A stretch of 32,000 nucleotides of DNA from assembly GCF_019455445.1 (NCBI RefSeq), contig NZ_JAHWUS010000001.1:855856-887855 (forward strand). The letters are read 5' to 3'. Below the pieces are notes generated by a model. That model was not told the DNA's origin. It was given only the letters and a program-made list of their open reading frames with translations, and ran no database searches. A program made the position numbers and the translations under genes. The DNA comes from Pseudaquidulcibacter saccharophilus. GTDB taxonomy: Bacteria; Pseudomonadota; Alphaproteobacteria; Caulobacterales; Aquidulcibacteraceae. Position 1 is the first letter of the stretch. Every line of letters begins with the position of its first letter. This document shows positions 18,901-25,496 of the stretch, piece by piece.

Positions 18901-19610
18901 TAAACGGGGCTTTGGCGCAATCGAAAATTTCACAAAGGCTAAATTGCGCCATTCAGATTGAAATGGCGATTGGTGAATTGCCAAATTCCGGTTATTTGGC
19001 ATTTATTGAAAATGATATTGTGAAAGACATTATCTATTTTGAAAATGCGGTTTTAACTGCCAGCCAGAGTTATAAATTAAATGGCATTGTGCGTGGATTA
19101 TCGGGCATAGCCGACGCGCCAGAAATTTCGGATGGAACTTTTGCGCTTTTGCTTGATGATGCAGGTATCGAAGCACATCTAGATAGCCAATATCTTGGCA
19201 TTGATATGGAATATCAATTTACAACTTCGGGCTATGCCGATGAAAGCGGTCATTTAAAAAACTATGTTTTTGAAAATTCGGGGCAAAAACAATTTGCACC
19301 CTGTCACCTATCCGCAGCTCGTAAGGCTGATGGCGTGCATATTGGGTTTATCCGTCGTGCCGCAGGTAATGGTGACGGCTGGGAAGCATTAGAAGTGCCA
19401 TCAAATATCAATGAAAAATATGTGATTGAGATATTATCCGGCAATGTTACCGTTTGTAACATGGTAATAAATTCCAATGAATTTATTTATTCAAATGCTA
19501 TGGAAATCAGTCATTTTGGGCAAATGATGCCAAATATAAATTTTCGGGTCGCACAAATTGATGATAAAAATAATATTGGCAATTATGCCAGTGCAACAAT
19601 AGCATTATAA
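15984..19610 (+). CDS. Large tail/host-specificity protein ('megatron', g15 homologue)
   Basis: 1208 aa. It has a glycine-zipper N-terminus (SLGTSAFGSIGGFIGSLVGSSIDG) and a central region resembling the GTA TIM-barrel-like domain (FVGIDYYAP..). It is the last gene of the cluster, joined to g14 by a TAATG overlap. Confidence 0.88.
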   Translation: MASIILSSLGTSAFGSIGGFIGSLVGSSIDGYLSSELGGRVHEASKLGTLSVQSSIDGAPMPIVYGRAKIAGQLIWASKFKETNIKRKVGGKSGQKITENKYFISFAIALCEGEISGLGKVWVNGDEFDLNNTEYRLYRGTPFQDKDPLIEAIEGIGNTPCYNDIAYIVFEDFDLDNYGDRIPQFAFEVFCPPKTSENRLEDLIKGVCMIPGAGEFAYATTSIKHLVAPGRDNGVNNNQSGNKADFVVALDNLERDLPQVKNISLVVAWFGTDTHAENCELKPKVDRKDKITSPYQWSVAGLGRDDADLVSNYMGDAAYGGTPCDTSIQEAIKEIKSRGLKITFNPFIMMDCAGYPWRGRVTVTGDKTATARTKINEFYNGKTWSYRNFILHYANLCAEAGGVDTFLLGSEMVGLTRIRDNEDKFPFVENLIELASEVRAILPNAKISYGADWTEYGAYYSDNNTYFPLDALWSNANIDFVGIDYYAPISDRHEGDARYSIPDFQNHIEGGEGYDYYYQNQSDRTNKIKTPIIDTNYHEEWVYRQKDLRGFWSNTHYERVGGVKKTIPTQWLAKSKPIRLLELGYAAIDRAGNLPSAFPDAKSIENTIPYFSNGARDDMEQRNCLSAFLGYWQGDKNPNANLYNGKMIDLDGINIWAWDARPYPAFPSLSDIWADGENMPKGHWLMGRMGQGNLGEIIKDIALRAGFENVDCNGVEGIIDGFVIENPQDARAALENLIYAFGIETTQSGDLIVFKTRQHNDNITELSHDDLILDDVQNLIQRSKEFADKISRFQFSCYASDADYDIISHEVVGNTAQGKRGQFSLPIIAGREVRDGIARYLLGLAQNGVVTAEIRVGMQAALTLEIGDNIKLDGEVWRIERIENDIFTTIHLSKAFCDFLAPNKGELQNKFIQSTTYSRPYGIILSLPYPFIAANDCNAKVFAAQYPFFGAIEMKFNGAKIVTLNKTANYGFLNGALAQSKISQRLNCAIQIEMAIGELPNSGYLAFIENDIVKDIIYFENAVLTASQSYKLNGIVRGLSGIADAPEISDGTFALLLDDAGIEAHLDSQYLGIDMEYQFTTSGYADESGHLKNYVFENSGQKQFAPCHLSAARKADGVHIGFIRRAAGNGDGWEALEVPSNINEKYVIEILSGNVTVCNMVINSNEFIYSNAMEISHFGQMMPNINFRVAQIDDKNNIGNYASATIAL

Positions 19611-19679
19611 TTATTCATAAAACCCCTTTTACTTTTGTCAAAAACCCCTAAATACATACGTGATTAAGGAGTTTTAAAA

Positions 19680-20654
19680 TTGGCAGAAAATCCATATAAT
19701 ATTCTTGGGGTGAATGAGGGTGCGCCAATTGCAGAGGTGCGCAAGGCATATCGCAAACTTGCCAAGGAATTCCATCCTGATAAAAACCCAAATAATAAAG
19801 CCGCCGAAGAGAAGTTTAAAAAAATCTCTGCTGCGTTTTCATTTCTTGACGATGATGAAAGAAAAGCAAAATTTGACCGTGGCGAAATTGACGCCGATGG
19901 CAATCCAAAATTTGCGGGCTTTGGTGGCGGTCAAGGTGGCTTTAATGGCGGCTTTGCGGGTGGGGATCCGTTTGGTCCCGGTGGCCCATTTGCAGGCATG
20001 AACATGGGCGGCGGCCGTGCCAAGGCATCTTCTGGCTTTGGTAATCCTGATTTTGAGGATTTCTTTGGCGATATTTTTGGCGCAAATCTGCGCGGTGGTC
20101 GTGGTGCGCGCACTGGTTCAACCCGCCCACCTGGCAAGGGTACCGACCTTAGCACAACATTACAAATCGAAACACTTGATGCAATTGTTGGCGCAAAAAA
20201 ACGTGTTACCGTTAATGGCAGCGCGATTGATATTACCATCCCATCAGGTGTTACCGAGGGGCAGGTTCTACGCCTGCGTGGTAAAGGTGGTGCCGGTGTT
20301 GCCGGCGGTGCAAACGGTGATTTATTGGTTACAATCAATATCAAGCCAGATGGTAATTACCGTATTGATGGCATTGATGTTCATACCGATTTGCAAATTA
20401 CCCTGACTGAGGCGTTAGAAGGCGCAAAAATAGAGGTTCCAACACCACTTGGAAAAGTTGCCCTAAGCATTAAACCCAATGCCAATTCTGGGCAGACATT
20501 ACGCCTAAAAGGGCGCGGTGTTGCCAAGGGTAATAAAATTGGTGATTTATATATTCACCTTGAAATTACTTTACCTGATGGTGACAATTCCGAATTGCTT
20601 CAATTGCTTGCCAATTGGTCGCGTAAAGCAGAAGCACCAAAAAAGAGAAGCTAA
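19680..20654 (+). CDS. cbpA: J-domain co-chaperone without zinc finger (CbpA-like)
   Basis: J-domain NPYNILGV..YRKLAKEFHPDKN, a G/F-rich linker, no CxxCxGxG repeats, and two DnaJ C-terminal domains. SD AAGGAG (19666-19671) lies 8 nt before a forced TTG start. Confidence 0.8.
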   Translation: MAENPYNILGVNEGAPIAEVRKAYRKLAKEFHPDKNPNNKAAEEKFKKISAAFSFLDDDERKAKFDRGEIDADGNPKFAGFGGGQGGFNGGFAGGDPFGPGGPFAGMNMGGGRAKASSGFGNPDFEDFFGDIFGANLRGGRGARTGSTRPPGKGTDLSTTLQIETLDAIVGAKKRVTVNGSAIDITIPSGVTEGQVLRLRGKGGAGVAGGANGDLLVTINIKPDGNYRIDGIDVHTDLQITLTEALEGAKIEVPTPLGKVALSIKPNANSGQTLRLKGRGVAKGNKIGDLYIHLEITLPDGDNSELLQLLANWSRKAEAPKKRS

Positions 20655-20684
20655 AAATATACCAAAAGAGAATCTAAAAATATA
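20641..20684 (+). repeat. 21-nt direct (tandem) repeat spanning the cbpA-like stop codon
   Basis: AAAAGAGAAGCTAAAAATATA (20641-20661), CC, then AAAAGAGAATCTAAAAATATA (20664-20684). Identity is 20 of 21. Confidence 0.9.
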
Positions 20685-20685
20685 A

Positions 20686-21402
20686 ATGACAAAAAAACCA
20701 TTAATCGCCATTATTATGGATGAAGACACTTCAAAAGGTGGTCGTTTTTACGAGGCAAACAAAGGCTATTTCAATTCGGTATATGCGGCGGGTGGCGTGC
20801 CAATTGGGATTCCATATTTTAAAGAGGCGGGTGAATTTGCGCTTGCTAATTGCGATGGTCTTATGTCCACTGGTGCAAGGGTAAGGTTTGCGGATAGTGC
20901 CTATATTGATGGTGAGCAAAGCAATTCACCCGATTCTGATAGATACGAATTTGAAAGTGAATTAGTAAAAAAATGGGTCGATGCCGACAGGCCTTATCTT
21001 GGAATTTGTAACGGGATGCAGGTTTTGGGCGTGGCCTATGGCGCAAAAATGACCTATCGCTTGGCGCATCACCTGAAAACTGCAATAAATCACAATTTAA
21101 AAGAAACCCTACACAATGTGAAAATTGTCCCTGATACGCATTTGGCACAAATGATTGGCGTGCCAGAAATTGTAACCAATTCACACCATAATGAAGGTTT
21201 CTTGCAAGCAAGTGATGACGTGATTTTCTCTGCTTTTGCAGAAGATGGCGCAGTAGAAGCCCTTGAAATCAAGGGTAAACAGTTTGCAATTGGGGTGCAG
21301 TGGCATCCCGAACTTTTATGGCCCAAAAGTGATTATAAAGATGATTTAAAAACTGCTTCGCAGCCAATTTTTGAAAAATTTGTATCAAGTTGCTGTTTTT
21401 AA
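20686..21402 (+). CDS. Class I glutamine amidotransferase, peptidase C26 / gamma-glutamyl-GABA hydrolase-like
   Basis: Nucleophile context YLGICNGMQVLG, a His in GVQWHPE, and the HHNEG block. Confidence 0.85.
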   Translation: MTKKPLIAIIMDEDTSKGGRFYEANKGYFNSVYAAGGVPIGIPYFKEAGEFALANCDGLMSTGARVRFADSAYIDGEQSNSPDSDRYEFESELVKKWVDADRPYLGICNGMQVLGVAYGAKMTYRLAHHLKTAINHNLKETLHNVKIVPDTHLAQMIGVPEIVTNSHHNEGFLQASDDVIFSAFAEDGAVEALEIKGKQFAIGVQWHPELLWPKSDYKDDLKTASQPIFEKFVSSCCF

Positions 21403-21496
21403 AATAAACTTACTTGCTATATTAGAAAATCAATAATAAAGCATTTTATATAAATCATTCAATTTCTGTTCATATCGGATATGTAAAATAGGCAGT

Positions 21497-21844
21497 ATGA
21501 AAAAACTCGCTGCAACATTAACCGGATTATTATTGATTGGCATGGCGCCGAATATTGCGTTGGCTCGCCCGCATTTCGCGCTACAAATGCCAGACAACGG
21601 TTTTATTTCAAATTATGTTCCGCCAATGAGTAAATATGCCGATCGTGGGCAGATACTTTCATTGCGCGAAGTTGCGCAGATTATTAATCAAAGTGTTCCG
21701 GGTCGCCTAAGTGATGCCCAATTGGTAAATGATGGCGGAAGACAGGTCTATGTTGTTCGTTGGGAACCTTCTGAAAATCGCGGTCGCATTATTGAGTTTG
21801 TTGTAGATGCCGAATCTGGCAGAATCTTAAGCCGTCGCGGTTAA
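21497..21844 (+). CDS. Secreted PepSY-domain protein
   Basis: Signal peptide MKKLAATLTGLLLIGMAPNIALA. The C-terminal region is PepSY-like (..VYVVRWEP...GRIIEFVVDAESGRIL). It sits directly upstream of a two-component pair. Confidence 0.7.
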   Translation: MKKLAATLTGLLLIGMAPNIALARPHFALQMPDNGFISNYVPPMSKYADRGQILSLREVAQIINQSVPGRLSDAQLVNDGGRQVYVVRWEPSENRGRIIEFVVDAESGRILSRRG

Positions 21845-21884
21845 TTGACGGCCCCCTTTAGGTTTCTTTGCGCGTGAGGTGAAA

Positions 21885-22550
21885 ATGCGTTGTTTAATTG
21901 TTGAAGATGATCCAGATTTACGTCGTCAATTGCATCGTGCACTTACTGATGCTGGTTATGCTGTTGATGCTGCGGCAGATGGCGAAGAAGGACATTTTTT
22001 AGGTGATACCGAGCCGTATGACGTCGTCGTTCTTGACCTTGGTTTGCCATTAATTGACGGTGTGACCATTCTTGAACGTTGGCGCAAAGACGGAAAAGAT
22101 TTTCCGGTTTTGATTTTAACTGCACGTGACAGATGGGCCGAAAAGGTTTCTGGCTTTGATGCTGGTGCTGATGATTATCTTACCAAGCCATTCCATACCG
22201 AAGAATTGCTTGCACGTTTGCGCGCATTGGTACGTCGTGCGGCGGGTCATGCAACATCGGCACTTGAATCAGGTAATTTACGCCTTGATACACGTGCGCA
22301 AAGGGCAACGGTTAATGGTAACCCGATTAAACTTACTAGCCATGAGTTGCGTCTTTTGACCTATTTGTTGCACCATGAAGGTCGTGTTGTTCCGCGTACC
22401 GAAATTATTGAACATATCTATGATCAAGATTTTGACCGCGATTCCAATACTATTGAGGTTTTTGTCGGTCGGTTGCGCAAAAAAATCGGGCAAGATAGAA
22501 TTCTTACGGTTCGTGGTTTAGGGTATCAGCTTATAAATCCTGATAAGTAA
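21885..22550 (+). CDS. OmpR/PhoB-family response regulator
   Basis: Receiver motifs LIVEDD, VVVLDLGLP and DYLTKPF, plus a winged-helix C-terminus (LTSHELRLLTYLL, IEVFVGRLRKKI). I prefer the ATG at 21885 (GAGG 5 nt upstream) over the tracked GTG at 21879. Confidence 0.92.
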   Translation: MRCLIVEDDPDLRRQLHRALTDAGYAVDAAADGEEGHFLGDTEPYDVVVLDLGLPLIDGVTILERWRKDGKDFPVLILTARDRWAEKVSGFDAGADDYLTKPFHTEELLARLRALVRRAAGHATSALESGNLRLDTRAQRATVNGNPIKLTSHELRLLTYLLHHEGRVVPRTEIIEHIYDQDFDRDSNTIEVFVGRLRKKIGQDRILTVRGLGYQLINPDK

Positions 22551-22553
22551 TTT

Positions 22554-23951
22554 ATGCCACAATTGCTTAAAAAAACCACGTCACTAACCCTACGACTAAT
22601 ATTGGTCGCAATCATTTGGTCGATTGCGGCGGTATTGGCAACTGGTTTTGGTTTGGCGACAATTTTTGGCAATTATGTTGATAAGAATTTTGAAAATTCT
22701 ATAAGCGTTTATCTTGATACTTTGGCGGCAACTGCGGATGTCGATAAGTCAGCAAAACTAGTTATCGAACGGCCACCAACTGACCCACGTTTTACGCGGC
22801 CTTTGTCTGGTTATTATTGGATGGCTGCCGATATTAATGAGGCTGGAAAAATAACTGCCAATCAGGTGCGGTCACGCTCTCTTTTTGATGAAACCATCAA
22901 TTTACCTGCCGCAGTCGTGACAAAAGCCACATCAAACCCCGGGGTTGACGCATATTATAACATTAACCGAAGTGGTGAGAGTTTAAAAATAGGTGCGCGG
23001 CAAATTACGCTCCCAGGGCGGCATAACAACACTATTTTAGTTGTTGCGTTTGACAGAACCGAAGTTGAAAAATCCAAAAGCCGCTTTAACCTTATTCTTA
23101 TGGCATCATTAATTGCCCTTGTGGTTGGTTTAATGTTGGCAATTATTCTTCAGGTTAAACTTGGTCTTAAACCATTGCGGCAAATGGGTGATCAATTGGG
23201 CGATATCAGAAGTGGCAAAGCCGAGCATCTTGATGAAAATCTACCGATTGAAATTGCACCAATCGCCAGCGAACTAAACGCCCTTTTACAACATAATGAA
23301 GAAGTTGTTGAACGCGCACGCACCCATGTTGGCAATCTTGCCCATGCGCTTAAAACCCCAATTTCTGTTATGTTAAATGAGGCTGGTCAGCATGAGGATG
23401 CGTTCTCAAGGCTGGTTACACGCCAAACCCAAACCATGCAAAGACAAGTAGAGCATTATTTAAAACGCGCTCGTGCCGCTGCTCGTGCCGAAACCTTGCG
23501 CACCCGCACTCCTATTGGTCCTGTGGTTGACGATATTACACGTACACTTGCAAAATTATATCGTGCCGAAGGTGTTCTGGTCGAGGTTTTGAACAAAACC
23601 AACGCCGCATTCCGTGGTGAGCGTGAGGATTTGGAAGATTTATTTGGAAATCTGGCCGAAAATGCTTGTAAATATGGCGGTGGCTTGGTTGAGATAAGCT
23701 TCGATGATAGTGATGCCGGCTTTATTCATATTCTAATTGATGATGACGGTGAGGGGCTTACCGAATCCGAGGTCAAAGACGCCTTAAAACGTGGCGTAAG
23801 GCTTGATGAAACTTCAAATGGTTCAGGTCTTGGGCTTTCAATTGCCCATGAATTGGCGGTTGCATATGGTGGCGCCTTGAACTTTGAAAAATCGCCATTG
23901 GGCGGATTGCGCGCCAATTTACGTTTGCCGACTGCTGATACCATAAATTAA
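22554..23951 (+). CDS. Sensor histidine kinase (PhoQ-like architecture)
   Basis: Two TM helices flank a periplasmic domain of about 150 aa, followed by a HAMP domain. Motifs are H-box NLAHALKTP, N-box ENACKYG, G1 DDDGEG and G2 GSGLGLSI. Confidence 0.9.
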   Translation: MPQLLKKTTSLTLRLILVAIIWSIAAVLATGFGLATIFGNYVDKNFENSISVYLDTLAATADVDKSAKLVIERPPTDPRFTRPLSGYYWMAADINEAGKITANQVRSRSLFDETINLPAAVVTKATSNPGVDAYYNINRSGESLKIGARQITLPGRHNNTILVVAFDRTEVEKSKSRFNLILMASLIALVVGLMLAIILQVKLGLKPLRQMGDQLGDIRSGKAEHLDENLPIEIAPIASELNALLQHNEEVVERARTHVGNLAHALKTPISVMLNEAGQHEDAFSRLVTRQTQTMQRQVEHYLKRARAAARAETLRTRTPIGPVVDDITRTLAKLYRAEGVLVEVLNKTNAAFRGEREDLEDLFGNLAENACKYGGGLVEISFDDSDAGFIHILIDDDGEGLTESEVKDALKRGVRLDETSNGSGLGLSIAHELAVAYGGALNFEKSPLGGLRANLRLPTADTIN

Positions 23952-24019
23952 CTATTTGTATTTAGATTTTTTAAGCTAAAATCAAAAGACTTTGCTAGCA
24001 GCCGGTTTTTATAACAGAC

Positions 24020-25393
24020 ATGTCAAATAGTCGTAGTGAGGAAATAGAAAGATTAAACTCTTTAATAGCCAATGCATCCGCATCTGTGGCTGCTGGATTG
24101 TTGTCGCAACTCGAATTACTTAAGGCGCAAAATACAAATAATCTACCTATTGATGAAATGATTGCGACATTGCGCGAAAAAGTGCAGTCTTTTGATGGTG
24201 AAATTGCACGCTTTCCCAATTTGTCACGCCTATTTTTTGAACCTTTTGATGTTCTATTTGTCGATAAATACAAAAGCTCACCTTTACCTGGAAGTTTTAA
24301 ACGCGATTCATTGGGTAAAATTTGGGAAGTTATAAAAAAGACTTCAGACACGGCTGAATTTAATGGTTACGAACAACGCGCCAAAGATGCCCTAAGCATA
24401 GGTAATGTTGGCTTGGGGCAAAATATAGCCAGTGAATTGCGCAGTAAAATTGCACAAAAATTTTTTCAAAAACCTGATGATGGGTTTTTCAATAATCATG
24501 ACAGAACCATTTCCTTTGAAGATTCAAAACGGTTCATAATATTATTGCAAACCCACCAAAAAGCCAAAGAAAGCGGCCTTAGCATTGATTTTGATATTGA
24601 AAATCTTTCACGTGCGGCATTCGATAAATATATGGCTTTTTTCAAAGAGCTTGAAAATACAAACCTTGATTTGGCCGCAGAACTTATGATTTCTATCATG
24701 GCGAACTCGTCAAAGCCATGGATGACATTGCGAATTTTGAAAAGCATAAATCCACTCGTAAATGATAGAAAGCTTGATGCAACCGCATATAAAATTGTTG
24801 GTGATCGGCTTTTGGGGCAAATACGTGAGTTTGTAACCAAGTTCAATGATGCACGAAATGGCGATTTTGACGGCGAAGTTTTGGCCCATGATATCGAAAC
24901 ATACAATAAATTCTCGCATGGGTTTGAGCGTGAAGAAATTTTATCAGGCGATGGCCCGTGGCAAAAAGAATTATTTAGTATCCGTGCAAGGGCGACCCAA
25001 TTACTTATTGATTTATGCCAACGTTCGCTTGGGTATTTGCAACGCGCCTTACCTATTGATCGGACAATGGTGAAGGGAAAGGGATATTTGGATATTCCGC
25101 GCACCGGTGCACCTATTGATGATTCTAAATATAAATTGGCATATGAATTTTCGCGTTTTATTCGTGAAACCCGCCTCTTTGCGCCTTTGGGTGGCTTTAA
25201 GGTTGCGCGTGAAACATCATTGCAAAGCATGTTGAAACATTGCGATGCCTTAAGAAGTGGTCTTACTTTGGAATTAAGTGAAAATAATAAGGGGAAATAT
25301 TTTGATGATTGGGCGCGCCAAACCATTGAAATTACCCGTATTGTTGATGATGAAGCTGCGGCAAAGTCCTTTGAACGTAGGATTTATGGCTGA
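24020..25393 (+). CDS. Hypothetical protein, 457 aa, no domain recognised
   Basis: This is the longest ORF in the interval. Its composition is helical and protein-like with no TM helix or signal peptide. The long antisense ORF 24496-25326 looks like a Ser/Arg-rich shadow. It is visibly more AT-rich than its neighbours. Confidence 0.6.
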   Translation: MSNSRSEEIERLNSLIANASASVAAGLLSQLELLKAQNTNNLPIDEMIATLREKVQSFDGEIARFPNLSRLFFEPFDVLFVDKYKSSPLPGSFKRDSLGKIWEVIKKTSDTAEFNGYEQRAKDALSIGNVGLGQNIASELRSKIAQKFFQKPDDGFFNNHDRTISFEDSKRFIILLQTHQKAKESGLSIDFDIENLSRAAFDKYMAFFKELENTNLDLAAELMISIMANSSKPWMTLRILKSINPLVNDRKLDATAYKIVGDRLLGQIREFVTKFNDARNGDFDGEVLAHDIETYNKFSHGFEREEILSGDGPWQKELFSIRARATQLLIDLCQRSLGYLQRALPIDRTMVKGKGYLDIPRTGAPIDDSKYKLAYEFSRFIRETRLFAPLGGFKVARETSLQSMLKHCDALRSGLTLELSENNKGKYFDDWARQTIEITRIVDDEAAAKSFERRIYG

Positions 25394-25429
25394 TTTTTAA
25401 TCCCCGCTACATTTTGCCGCTCTTTTATT

Positions 25430-25443
25430 TGTGAATATTCACA
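25430..25443. promoter_or_regulatory. Perfect 14-bp palindrome upstream of ccmI
   Basis: TGTGAATATTCACA lies 54 nt upstream of the ccmI ATG. Confidence 0.4.
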
Positions 25444-25496
25444 CCTAAATGAGCCTTTAACTTGCATATTTAGAAAATAAAAGCCATTGCATAATC

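Larger units (their letters stand above)
7378..19610 (+). mobile_element. RcGTA-type gene transfer agent structural cluster (domesticated phage-derived head-tail module, not an autonomous prophage)
   Basis: Fifteen co-oriented ORFs follow the RcGTA order g2-g3-g3.5-g4-g5-g6-g8-g9-g10-g10.1-g11-g12-g13-g14-g15. Of 14 junctions, 10 overlap, 1 abuts and 3 have 7-12 nt gaps. No integrase, repressor, replication or lysis genes are present, and both flanks are housekeeping genes. Confidence 0.9.

Noticed and set aside
7378-19610. Interpreting the head-tail cluster as an intact or cryptic prophage
   Set aside because: No integrase, excisionase, repressor, replication, lysis or tail-fibre genes are present, and no flanking direct repeats or tRNA are visible. 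The 12.2-kb size and the gene order match the RcGTA blueprint, and both flanks are cellular genes.
24496-25326. 276-aa ORF on the minus strand
   Set aside because: It lies entirely antisense to the longer 457-aa + strand ORF. Its Ser/Arg/Lys-rich, low-complexity composition is typical of a shadow frame.
25430-25443. Calling the TGTGAATATTCACA palindrome a CRP or FNR/FixK site
   Set aside because: The half-sites resemble CRP, but the spacing is N4 instead of N6. Aligned on GTGA/TCAC, it does not fit the shared CRP/FNR geometry.
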